DNA of 63,266 nucleotides, filler included, from Candidatus Zhuqueibacterota bacterium (GTDB lineage Bacteria > BS750m-G25): the NCBI GenBank assembly GCA_016783505.1. It is 3 parts of 3 records of this genome, joined end to end, with 100 filler letters (N's around TTAATTAATTAA, not from the genome) between each part and the next. Parts side by side here need not be neighbours in the genome. Positions count along the whole stretch, not along the records: positions 28,723 to 57,282 come from JADHWK010000031.1; 2 more parts are not named here. One strand, written 5' to 3'. The notes under the pieces are model-generated. The model saw nothing but the letters and a program-made list of their open reading frames with translations. It made no database searches and was not told where the DNA came from. Positions 28,723-38,274 of this stretch are shown here, piece by piece. Each line of letters begins with the position of its first letter. Positions within the stretch are counted from its first letter, which is position 1. The position numbers and the translations under genes are program-made.

Positions 28723-30124
28723 CCCACCAAGCGGATTCTCGGGTATAACCATTTACCCGCCCCGGGGTTTTAAAGGATTTTGGCACATCGGTGATACTGC
28801 AATAGAGGGGCACATAAATGGAAGTAGCCACATTATCCCAGGCCAGCCATACCACCCCCCCGATTTCGTCCGGCAGCCAGCCCCGTGACTGTGTAATGGT
28901 GGCATACATGGTGAACCAACGGGCAATGGTACGTTCACCCCGCCAGCCCCAACCACCCTTGATTTTAAAAATTTGGTACATATCATAGGGCATAAAAGGG
29001 TTGGCAAATGGAGAAATCTCGGTTTTACCCTCTTTATTAACCCAGGTAATATCTTTGACAAAATTGTATTCCGTGCCTTCATAATAATCTTGAAAGATCT
29101 CCACCAATTTTTCCAGGGTCACCAAACTATCCGGCTTCACCGAAAACGGGTAATTTTCTGAATTTGGATGCAGCTTCAGGGAAGGCGCTACCAAATCATA
29201 CACCCGCCATTCCCGGCGGCGGGCCGAGAAGGAAGTGCGACCCTCTGGATCATAGGCATAACAAAATTCAAAAGGGCCATTTTCTGGATTCCACCAGCCG
29301 CTATCCTGCGCCACTGAAGAAACATTTTCCGACGCCATAAAGTAATCTGGGTTAGCTGGGTCAATCTGCCGTATACGACTGGCATTGGCGTTGACTGAAA
29401 TATGATCATCCGGCACTCTCTGGGCTGCCCAAACAGAACCGATATTTCCTTTGCCCGGTCCCATAATTTCCAAATGCCAAACCTCTTTTGTGTCGGCAAT
29501 GGTCAAACATTCACCCCCATCAATCCATCCATGTTTTTTGGTCAGTTCTCCGGCCAATTTAATTGCCTCACGAGCAGTCGTGCAGCGTTCTATCATTAGC
29601 TTCACCAGTTGTTGGCAATCAATAAGTCCTTCATCTGAATGTAAGGATTTGCGTCCCCCAAAGGTTGATTCCCCTACGGCTAACTGATGATCATTCATAC
29701 AGGGATAGGCAGTATTGATAAAACCATAAGTATATTCCACCTGTGGAATTCCCCCAATGGGAACATGTTTATAGGCCGGCATTGCTAAAGAATCATCCTT
29801 GGTTCGCTTGTGCATTATCGCCATAGCACCTCTTTTGTGTTTTTGAGTCGGTACCATATCCAGCCAAGAACGGTTGCGATGACTATCACAGGTATGTGAA
29901 GTGATAACCGAACCGTCGGCTGAGGCTTTTTCCCCTACAGTAATTGTAGTGCATCCTTGCGGCCGCCCATCAACCCAATCAGGCTTTTCTTCATAGCTTT
30001 TTCCGACGTTTTGGGTAAAACCTTCTATGGTTTGAAAAATAAATAGCATTAGAATTAAAAAAACAGGAAGGCAGTTTTCCGTTTTTCGAATGATCATTAA
30101 TCCTTTCATCGTAGTCACTCCCAT
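28723..30124 (-). CDS. C69-family dipeptidase (Ntn hydrolase), 3' end cut by the contig break
   Basis: GCTTITVG..ASADGSVITSHTCD, MNDHQL..GESTF, AAQRVPDDH, RREWR; paralog of 57628-59208. Confidence 0.88.
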
Positions 30125-30268
30125 TTTAATATGTTGGAATCTCTAAGAATTGGAATTAACAAAATTAATCGATTGCATAAATAAGGGGGGAAAACATTTA
30201 AGGTATCCATATTAGCTTATGTCACGAAGTTTGGCGAACCGCCGCGATTGGCACAACAGTCACCAGCG

Positions 30269-30329
30269 GCCTAACGGGATTAGTCACCTGTCCGGCAGTT
30301 GCCGGATCGGATGCAGCGCAATGTTAGGA
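30269..30329 (-). mobile_element. Integron attC-like site 4
   Basis: Minus strand: R'' TCCTAAC...TCCGGC-aact-GCCGGA...R' GTTAGGC; 61 bp. Confidence 0.7.
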
Positions 30330-30355
30330 TTTTGATTGCCTTTGGATTTGGTATC

Positions 30356-30404
30356 GTCGCCGTCGCCACAGCCGACATCGCCGACACCGCCGACACCGCC
30401 GACA
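30356..30404. repeat. 9-bp tandem repeat (GCCGACA(C/T)C), about four copies
   Basis: gccgacatc gccgacacc gccgacacc gccgaca. Confidence 0.75.
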
Positions 30405-30434
30405 AAACCAACATTGAGATACATATTCCCGAAG

Positions 30435-31670
30435 TCAGACATAGAATTTGATCTCTGGTAATGAGTATACGTCTTTGGTTGTGGTTCCAATTCTTTCCGC
30501 GGCGACCTCCAGACCAAGCCGATAAGTTAAAGCTTGCAAACGATTCAACAGGGAAGTTCGTCCAAGGCCCACAGCTTTTTGGAAATCTTTATCAGATGCA
30601 GAGTGAGAACCGGGGATTGAAAGAAACTGAACAATAGTAAGATCTTTGTCATCAATACTATCTGGTCGACCCTTCAATCCTTCCTTTATAGATTCCATAT
30701 CCAATTTTCTTGGCTTCTTCCTCATTTCTACGTATTGCATAGCCATCCGTAATACTCCGAATCCTTTACGCGGATGGCCTCCTGTTGCAAGCATAAGCCC
30801 CCAAAAGGCATCGGGCGATATGAAATCACCCAATGTTTTCCCCCATTTACGATCATTTAGGCGCTTTCGTATCATATCTGCTAGTTCCTGCGGGAGAAAA
30901 TTTGGCAATTCTACGAGCTCTTCAAATGAAAATAAAGCTTCTCCCTCGTCATGTGGCATTTTGTGCCCAATTTGATCAACAAAACCCTTATCAAGAGACA
31001 CAACAAACGCCACACCCTGACGACTGAATAGGTCACCGACTGTCCTCACAAAACCGGCGATAAAGCGGGCATACGAAATCCTGTTCTTTAGGAAATATTC
31101 CATTCTTTCAAGATCATCAACTATGACTACGAATGCAGTTTTGGTGTTTGCAATGATCTTGCTAATAAGGAGACGAGCGGAGTCTTCGTCATGCGGAGCA
31201 GATAGGATTTCTTTAGCCTGTTTTACACCTGCTTTCATGACAGAGACTGCACCAAATTCCAATTCCTTAGCAACGCGTATACTGGAATCAACCCTCTTTG
31301 ATTCTTCTCTACTATTAAGCTTGAATTCTTTACCTGTCTTGATTTTCTTCTCGGAGTGACATTGCAAAATGGCTGCAAGGATTTCCCGGTACAACGCTTT
31401 TTCTGTTGAACCTGCCAAACGGACATAGGCAACGACAAGACCCGTATGTTTAATCTTTTTCTCAAATTTCCTCAGGAAAGAGCTTTTGCCTACTCCGTGG
31501 GTGCCATACACACCGATGCAACGAGTATTTAGCGCGTTGTGCAGACGATGCAATTCATAATGGCGACAGACGAAAAGACGGAGGGACTCCCCCTGCAGGA
31601 TGAAATCCTCAAAAGGATCTTCCTTGAATCCCCAGTATTTAAGCACCGGTGTTTCAAAATGAAGGTCCAT
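30435..31670 (-). CDS. P-loop AAA+-like ATPase with a possible C-terminal HTH (cassette gene)
   Basis: Walker A GTHGVGKS, Walker B VIVDDLE, GGHPR; RBS AAAGGAG upstream of the ATG at 31670. Confidence 0.8.
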   Translation of the reverse strand: MDLHFETPVLKYWGFKEDPFEDFILQGESLRLFVCRHYELHRLHNALNTRCIGVYGTHGVGKSSFLRKFEKKIKHTGLVVAYVRLAGSTEKALYREILAAILQCHSEKKIKTGKEFKLNSREESKRVDSSIRVAKELEFGAVSVMKAGVKQAKEILSAPHDEDSARLLISKIIANTKTAFVVIVDDLERMEYFLKNRISYARFIAGFVRTVGDLFSRQGVAFVVSLDKGFVDQIGHKMPHDEGEALFSFEELVELPNFLPQELADMIRKRLNDRKWGKTLGDFISPDAFWGLMLATGGHPRKGFGVLRMAMQYVEMRKKPRKLDMESIKEGLKGRPDSIDDKDLTIVQFLSIPGSHSASDKDFQKAVGLGRTSLLNRLQALTYRLGLEVAAERIGTTTKDVYSLPEIKFYV

Positions 31671-31713
31671 AATTGGTTGATCTCCTTTATGATTTCTTAA
31701 CTCATTTTCCACC

Positions 31714-31760
31714 GCCTAAACGTCATGTTATAACAAGTTAATGAGGTAATATAACATTTT
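31714..31760 (-). mobile_element. Degenerate attI-like or recombination core site
   Basis: Minus strand TTAACTTGTTATAACATGAC-GTTTAGGC; shares TTAAC..GTTATAACA with the site at 36266-36325. Confidence 0.35.
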
Positions 31761-31774
31761 TTGATTAACCTAAT

Positions 31775-33487
31775 TTAGTGTACTTGTTTCATTTCCTGCG
31801 CTTTCTCGATCTTGGCCCATGTATCCCGCAGAGACACCGTCCGATTGAAGACCAGGTTTTCTTCAGAAGAATCCAGATCCACGCAGAAATAGCCCTGTCT
31901 CTCAAACTGGCAGCGATAGCCTGGCTTCGCCCCCGCCAGACTCGGTTCTAATTTGCACGATGTCAATGTTTCCAGCGAGTTTGGATTCAAGTTAGATTTC
32001 CAATCAGCGTCGCCTTCGACTTCGCTGGGGTCTTCTTTGGCGAAAAGGTGATCATACAGACGCACTTCGGCTTCAATAGCATGAGCGGCTGAGACCCAGT
32101 GCAGCGTTGCCTTGACCTTGCGTCCGTCTGGAGCCCAGCCACCCCGTGTGGCTGGATCATAGTTACAATGCAGTTCGACCACTTCACCCGTTTTTTCATC
32201 CTTAACCACCCCTACACATCTAATATAATACGCGTACCTGAGCCTTACCTCACGACCGGGGGCCAGACGGAAGAACTTTTTGGGTGGGTCCTCGCGAAAA
32301 TCCTCTCGTTCAATGTAAAGGATACGTGAAAAGGGCACCTTACGTTTCCCCATAGCGGGGTCCTCCGGATTGTTCACGGCATCTAACTCTTCAACCTGGT
32401 CTTCTGAATAATTGTCAATGACTACCCGAAGTGGATGCAGCACACTCATCACACGCGGCGCTCGTAGGTTCAAATCCTCGCGCAGGCAGTGCTCGAGCAG
32501 AGCGATGTCAATGTTATTCTCGCGCTTGGCCACGCCCACCTCTTGCCAGAAGCGGCGGATGGACTCGGGCGTGTATCCGCGTCTACGCATGCCCGACAAG
32601 GTCGGCATGCGCGGGTCGTCCCAGCCGCTGACGTGGCCCTCTTCGACCAGCTGCCGCAGCCGGCGCGTGGAGGTAATTATGTAGGTGATGTTGCCGCGGG
32701 CGAACTCGATCTGGCGCGAAGGGAAGATGCCCAGCTTCTGAATGAACCAGTCGTACAGTGGGCGGTGGTCTTCAAATTCCAGCGTGCAGAGAGAATGCGT
32801 GATCCCCTCGATGGAATCAGACTGACCGTGGGCGAAATCGTACATCGGATAGATACACCACTTGTCCCCGGTCCGGTGGTGAGTGGCCCTTAAGATTCGA
32901 TACATGACGGGATCGCGCATGTTCAAATTCCCTGATGCCATGTCAATTTTTGCGCGCAGGACGCGGGAACCGTCCTCGAATTCTCCCGCCCGCATCCGCT
33001 CGAACAAGTCCAGATTCTCTTCGACCGACCGGTGGCGATAGGGGCTGTTCTTTCCGGGCTCCGTCAGGGTGCCCCGGGTCTCTCGGATTTCATCTGCACT
33101 CAAATCGCAAACGTAGGCTTTGCCTTTTTTAATTAACAGTATCGCGAATTCGTATAGTTTACCAAAGTAATCTGACGCATAGAACAGCCGGTCATCCCAA
33201 TCGAATCCCAGCCACCTGACGTCCTCTATGATGGATTCCACATATTCAGCTTCTTCTTTAATGGGATTGGTATCATCGAATCGCAGATTGCAAAGCCCTC
33301 CGTATTCAGCGGCGAGACCGAAGTTGAGGCAGATGGCCTTGGCATGGCCGATATGCAGATAGCCGTTCGGCTCCGGGGGAAATCTAGTATGAACCCGGCC
33401 TTCGTTCTTGTTTGCCTTCAAGTCCTCCGCTATAATATCTTTGATAAAGTTGGAGGAGGGTGCAGAATTGGTCGTAGTCATATTCAT
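31775..33487 (-). CDS. glnS: Glutaminyl-tRNA synthetase
   Basis: [53 protein letters not shown] motif replaced by TST. Confidence 0.95.
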   Translation of the reverse strand: MNMTTTNSAPSSNFIKDIIAEDLKANKNEGRVHTRFPPEPNGYLHIGHAKAICLNFGLAAEYGGLCNLRFDDTNPIKEEAEYVESIIEDVRWLGFDWDDRLFYASDYFGKLYEFAILLIKKGKAYVCDLSADEIRETRGTLTEPGKNSPYRHRSVEENLDLFERMRAGEFEDGSRVLRAKIDMASGNLNMRDPVMYRILRATHHRTGDKWCIYPMYDFAHGQSDSIEGITHSLCTLEFEDHRPLYDWFIQKLGIFPSRQIEFARGNITYIITSTRRLRQLVEEGHVSGWDDPRMPTLSGMRRRGYTPESIRRFWQEVGVAKRENNIDIALLEHCLREDLNLRAPRVMSVLHPLRVVIDNYSEDQVEELDAVNNPEDPAMGKRKVPFSRILYIEREDFREDPPKKFFRLAPGREVRLRYAYYIRCVGVVKDEKTGEVVELHCNYDPATRGGWAPDGRKVKATLHWVSAAHAIEAEVRLYDHLFAKEDPSEVEGDADWKSNLNPNSLETLTSCKLEPSLAGAKPGYRCQFERQGYFCVDLDSSEENLVFNRTVSLRDTWAKIEKAQEMKQVH

Positions 33488-33558
33488 GGCTCCCTTTTCG
33501 TTTTTCTTTTGTTTTTATACTGTTCAGTGTTCGGCGTTTTCATGTCTCTCTTACCGCG

Positions 33559-33693
33559 GACTAACGGTCTGGGTTTTAGCCGCCGAAGGGCTTAGACCCA
33601 CTGACCGTTGAGATTTAAAATAAACTTTAACTACCGCACTGGCCGAGGGAAAATTGACACCCTGCTTCGGTCGGCGGCAAACCTTGATTATGC
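33559..33693 (-). mobile_element. Integron attC-like site 5 (R'' mutated)
   Basis: Minus strand: GCATAAT (AAC>AAT)...GCCGCCGA/TCGGCGGC arms...R' GTTAGTC; long variable loop. Confidence 0.75.
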
Positions 33694-33718
33694 TTGATCA
33701 TTGTGCCCTGCGTATCCA

Positions 33719-34510
33719 TTAACGCAATTCCTCTTTGAGGATTCGAAAAAACTCTTCCCTGGCTTCCCGTTCAATCCAGGGCATGTGCCCGCAGTTCTTG
33801 AGCAGGATAAATCGAAAGCTCTTTAGAATGGCAGACAAGGGCTTTTGGACCCCTTCAGCCGGATGGGGATCGTAGTCGCCGTGGATAGCAACCACCGGAC
33901 ATTTGATGTGTTTTCCGAGTTCCAGAAGCTTCCCGCTCCTTCTCAGTTCCGCGGCATCCTTCCACACGCTTTGAAAGATATCAGCTTGACAATCAATTGC
34001 TTCGGATTTGTCGGATTCGTGCATTATTGGGTCATACGCATCAGCTTTTGAGAATAATGCTCCGAACCGTGCAAATGCCGAGCTTTTATCTTCGGCCGCC
34101 GGATTATCTAAAACTTCAATAAGAGATTTGACCTCTGCTCTCTCCTCCTCACTGAGACGGTTTAGCCTGGTCTCTCGAATTCTTGCAGCATATTTTTCTT
34201 CATAGGGGCCACTTCCGATGAGTATCAGTTTTCTTACGAATTCGGGATAATCGGCGGCAAATATGAAACTGAGCCAGGCTCCCCAAGAGAAGCCAATCAA
34301 GGCGACGGGAAGGTCTCCGTTCTTTTCCAGAACAGTTTTTAACTCTTCGATCTGTCCTTCGAGCGATGCCGCGGTTTGAATCGGTTCCAAAACACCCCAG
34401 CCGGATGCGAGTTCACGCGCTACCGGAGCCATCTCTCCGACCGCACCTGGACCGCCGCGCACAACGACGATGGCAAAAGGTGCTTTTCCATGTTTTCTCA
34501 GGTTCTTCAT
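33719..34510 (-). CDS. Alpha/beta hydrolase, proline iminopeptidase-like (cassette gene)
   Basis: RGGPG (usually HGGPG), GFSWG nucleophile elbow, HGDYD, GHMPW. Confidence 0.85.
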   Translation of the reverse strand: MKNLRKHGKAPFAIVVVRGGPGAVGEMAPVARELASGWGVLEPIQTAASLEGQIEELKTVLEKNGDLPVALIGFSWGAWLSFIFAADYPEFVRKLILIGSGPYEEKYAARIRETRLNRLSEEERAEVKSLIEVLDNPAAEDKSSAFARFGALFSKADAYDPIMHESDKSEAIDCQADIFQSVWKDAAELRRSGKLLELGKHIKCPVVAIHGDYDPHPAEGVQKPLSAILKSFRFILLKNCGHMPWIEREAREEFFRILKEELR

Positions 34511-34544
34511 ACTTGGTATGGTGCCGTCCCTGTTTGTTTTCGTA

Positions 34545-34671
34545 GCCTAACGCTAAGGTTAACCTGCCAAACCGCTTACACTAAACCTGATACAACGAAC
34601 GAAACTTTTAATTTGCCACCGAACTTGATTTGAAACACGGCGGTTTGGTAATGTTGAACCTTTTGTTAGCT
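34545..34671 (-). mobile_element. Integron attC-like site 6
   Basis: Minus strand: R'' AGCTAAC, CCAAACCGC/GCGGTTTGG arms, R' GTTAGGC; GCAGCTAAC is the 9-bp complement of GTTAGCTGC at the cassette start. Confidence 0.88.
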
Positions 34672-34766
34672 GCAAAATTATAATAATATTGATTACATGA
34701 TTAAATACTATCATTAACTAGATACTCATTTAAATTGTTTCATTAGAAGAAATTTTAAAACATATA

Positions 34767-36254
34767 TTAGAATGATTTCCATCGCGCTTTTCCACCAAGT
34801 GCCAGTTCCGCAATATCATAGGCTACCTGAAGTCCTGATTCACTATTCGTAAGTACCACTACACCATGACCTATTCTCGGATAAATGACCATTACGCTTC
34901 TAAAGGCGAAAGAAACGCCATTTTGCCATAGAGCGTCTCCATTTGAGCTGTGCTGAATTCCTATACCTAGCCCCCACGAAAAATCATCATTGATAGAAAT
35001 CTGAGCGGAATCTATTTGGGCTGCAATGTTTTTGCTTAAACAGCGAGACTTTGACAGTTCAATCAAAAAAGCTGCTAAATCGTGAGCTGACGAGCGAAGG
35101 GAACCATTCGAGCTCATCACATTTGCATAATTTTTGAAGACTGGTCCGTTTATGACATTCGTAATTTTCACTAGCACAATAAAAACAATAATCATCAAAA
35201 TAGTAGAAATTGCCACTCTCAAATTTCTTTTTTGCTTTAAAAGATTAAAGCGCAAGAGTAGGAGCTTGATAATAAAGTATGACATAAGCATTATAGCTAT
35301 AAATGTAAGAGCGCATATGACACTCACCAAGACTAAATTGGGGAAGACTGCTCCGATGATTAGAGAAAGAAGAATTATTGTCAGGATAAAAGTTAATATA
35401 GATATGCTTATTAAAAGTACCTTTGATAGCTTCCAGGTTCCTACTATTATTCGGTAAACAATCTGTGTAATCACAATTGTAATAAGAAATATCAAACAGA
35501 ATGGAATTAAAAACGAAAGTAAAGGCAATGTGTAGTGCATATGGCCATTCGCCATTTGAGTCATTACTCTACTCTGGTTTATAAAACTGCTATTGCAAAT
35601 ACCAAGGGGTTGAAACACAAGTTGATCTGCCATCTCTTCAAGAGATTTTTGGGTAACTTGCTCAATCACTTCTTGCAAGTAAAGGAATCCAACTCCTGAA
35701 TACAAAAATTCAGAACCAGGTTCAAAATAGATATCTTTTTTCATGAATAAAATATCATCTCCGAGTCCTGAGCTATGCGAAAGCAAATGTCGTATCGTAA
35801 TATTGTCAGAGTATTCAGATGAAGGAAGCCATAGATCGTTCAGGTATTGATTTATTGGTTCATCAATAGAAAGTGTACCCTGATCTATAAGCCGAAGTGC
35901 AATATATGCAGTGATAACCTTGCTTATGGATGCAACTTCAAATACAGTTCCAGATTCTATGGGGCGGCGGGTTATTCGATTAGCGACGCCGAATCCTTCT
36001 GTCCAAGCGATCTTGTTGTCACGGATGAGCGTAATTGCAAGTCCAGGAACATCTGCTTCAAACATACGATGATGAATATAGGTTTTTAGATCGGCAATGA
36101 CCGAGTCTACTGGCTCTGAAATTCGCAGTGAAGATTCTTGAGATAATGCAGATGACCAGAAATTAATAAATAGCGAACAATAACAAATTATAAAAAGTAT
36201 GTTCTTAAATTTTCTCGGAATATTTATATTCATCTTTCTTCCTTTTTTAAGCAA
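34767..36254 (-). CDS. Beta-lactamase-like serine hydrolase with an internal four-TM insert (cassette gene)
   Basis: FEVASISK (SxxK), LLSHSSG, EPGSEFLYS, hydrophobic block at about aa 243-365, then GSL.SSA.DLA.F. Confidence 0.85.
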   Translation of the reverse strand: MLKKGRKMNINIPRKFKNILFIICYCSLFINFWSSALSQESSLRISEPVDSVIADLKTYIHHRMFEADVPGLAITLIRDNKIAWTEGFGVANRITRRPIESGTVFEVASISKVITAYIALRLIDQGTLSIDEPINQYLNDLWLPSSEYSDNITIRHLLSHSSGLGDDILFMKKDIYFEPGSEFLYSGVGFLYLQEVIEQVTQKSLEEMADQLVFQPLGICNSSFINQSRVMTQMANGHMHYTLPLLSFLIPFCLIFLITIVITQIVYRIIVGTWKLSKVLLISISILTFILTIILLSLIIGAVFPNLVLVSVICALTFIAIMLMSYFIIKLLLLRFNLLKQKRNLRVAISTILMIIVFIVLVKITNVINGPVFKNYANVMSSNGSLRSSAHDLAAFLIELSKSRCLSKNIAAQIDSAQISINDDFSWGLGIGIQHSSNGDALWQNGVSFAFRSVMVIYPRIGHGVVVLTNSESGLQVAYDIAELALGGKARWKSF

Positions 36255-36265
36255 CTTTTTAGATA

Positions 36266-36325
36266 GCAGCTAACATATCTTAGGCTGCTCAATTACCGTG
36301 TTATAACTCAGGGTTAAGTTCGTAT
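36266..36325 (-). mobile_element. attI-like site heading array 2, no adjacent integrase
   Basis: Minus strand AGCCTAA-GATAT-GTTAGCT (L-spacer-R layout comparable to attI1 CCCTAAA-ACAAA-GTT); no attC hairpin upstream. Confidence 0.55.
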
Positions 36326-36385
36326 AAAAATCATTTAATATTTTGATTTGATTCGCTCTTAACTGACCCGAAAAAATGGGGACAT

Positions 36386-37813
36386 TCAGGTTAAATTAAA
36401 ACACACAAATTTTATCTCCGTCATCTCTTCAATGGCATATTTTAACCCCTCCCGGCCCATGCCGCTCAGCTTCACCCCCCCGTAGGGCATGTGGTCTACC
36501 CGGTAGGTGGGGTAATCGTTGATGATCACCCCGCCAACGTTCAGCCTTTTCACCGCCTTGAAGGCTTTGGAAATATCCTTGGTGTAGATCCCTGCCTGCA
36601 GTCCGTAGACCGAGGCATCCACCTGGTCTAAGGCATCGTCGAAGTCGGTGAAGGGAATGATGGAAACAATGGGGGCGAACACCTCCACACACATGATCTT
36701 CATGTCCGGTTTTACGTGAGTCACTACCGTGGGTTCAAAGATCGTCCCCTTCCTTTTCCCCCCAACCAGTATTTCAGCACCCTGATTAAGGGCTTCTCTT
36801 AACCAGTCCTCGGCCCGCTTGGCCTCCCCCTCGTCAATCATAGGCCCCACGTCGGTATCCTTCTCGAGGGGATCACCCACCTTGAGGCCTTTAACACCCT
36901 TGATAAATTTATCGGTGAACTCTTTTGCAATCTTTTGGTGAACGTAGATCCGCTGGATGGAGATACAGACCTGACCGGCGTTGGCGAAGGCTCCCACTAA
37001 AAGCCTGGGGATGACCCCTGTGGGGTCGGTCCCCTCGTCCAAGATGACGGCCGAATTGGACCCCAACTCCAGCGTTATCTTTTTCATCCCGACCCGGTCC
37101 CGGATGGCGGCCCCCACCGGGGGGCTACCGGTAAATGTGATCATTCGGGGCCGGGGGTCGGTCACCAGCCACTCGCCGACGGTGCTTCCTGGACCCATCA
37201 CGATATTCAGGGCGCCTGGGGGGAGTCCGGCGCTCATGAGGATTTCCCCCAATTTTAGCGAGCTTAACGGGGTGGCCGAAGCCGGTTTTAACACCACCGT
37301 ATTCCCAGCTGCTAGGGCCGGGGCCACCTTGTGAGCCACCAGGTTTAAGGGAAAATTGAAGGGGGTGATGGCACCGATCACCCCCAACGGGAACCGCAGA
37401 TAAAACCCCACCCGACCCACGCCAGTGGGGGAAGCATCCATGGGGATGGTTTCCCCATATATTTGCTTGGCTTCCTCAGCGGCGAAGCGGAAGGTCTCAG
37501 CGGCCCGGGCCACCTCACCCGAGGCGAACTTCCACGCCTTGGCCGACTCGGAAGCTATAGTTTCGGCCAACTCTTTCGCCTTCTCTTTAATAAGCTGTGA
37601 GGTCTTCAATAAGATGTCAGACCGCTGATGGGCGGGTATTTCCGCCATCACCCCAAATGCCTTCTGGGCGCTTTCAATAGCCCGATCAACGTCTGCCTTA
37701 CTAGCCTCAGGCACGGTTCCAATAAGGTCGTCGTTATTTGGATTTCGCACGGGAAAGAACCTGTCCCCTTCCAGCCATTCACCGTTTATTAACATCAAAT
37801 ATTTCTTCATCAT
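36386..37813 (-). CDS. NAD(P)-dependent aldehyde dehydrogenase
   Basis: ITPFNFP, FTGS, LELG, GQVCIS, EVFAP, PYGGVK.SG.GREG. Confidence 0.95.
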   Translation of the reverse strand: MMKKYLMLINGEWLEGDRFFPVRNPNNDDLIGTVPEASKADVDRAIESAQKAFGVMAEIPAHQRSDILLKTSQLIKEKAKELAETIASESAKAWKFASGEVARAAETFRFAAEEAKQIYGETIPMDASPTGVGRVGFYLRFPLGVIGAITPFNFPLNLVAHKVAPALAAGNTVVLKPASATPLSSLKLGEILMSAGLPPGALNIVMGPGSTVGEWLVTDPRPRMITFTGSPPVGAAIRDRVGMKKITLELGSNSAVILDEGTDPTGVIPRLLVGAFANAGQVCISIQRIYVHQKIAKEFTDKFIKGVKGLKVGDPLEKDTDVGPMIDEGEAKRAEDWLREALNQGAEILVGGKRKGTIFEPTVVTHVKPDMKIMCVEVFAPIVSIIPFTDFDDALDQVDASVYGLQAGIYTKDISKAFKAVKRLNVGGVIINDYPTYRVDHMPYGGVKLSGMGREGLKYAIEEMTEIKFVCFNLT

Positions 37814-37847
37814 CGCCCTCCCTAAGGTTTTCTATTACTTCGCTACT

Positions 37848-37929
37848 TGTCATTCTGACCCGGATTCATCAGGGGAAGAATCTCTTTTTCTTCCTAAGAT
37901 CATATCAAATGAGATTCTTCAAAATGACA
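37848..37929. repeat. CGTC-type REP pair
   Basis: TGTCATTCTGA...GAAGAATCTC...GAGATTCTTC..AATGACA; a related copy lies at 45338-45406. Confidence 0.7.
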
Positions 37930-38274
37930 TTATTGGGAAGTATCATTCTGAGCTGAAGTCAATTTTATGATATTACGAGACGTATAGGAACTTAGACCCT
38001 TCGGGGCTACTTATCAACCCAGAGGTTTGGGGAATTTCTGAGATGTTCGGCTACGGCAAACGATTGCGGTTGCGAGGCTCGAATCGTTATTCGTGGTATG
38101 GTTGCGGTTAATGTCTAATCCCCCTTATTTTCTTGATTGACCTGTTAAATGTCGATACGATAACCGAAAACCGCATGACGATATCCCGTCCCGAAGTTTC
38201 GGGATCGGGACAACTGATAACCGCTTAACGTAACCTACTATTTTTGAAGTCAATTATTAGAAATTCCGAGACGT

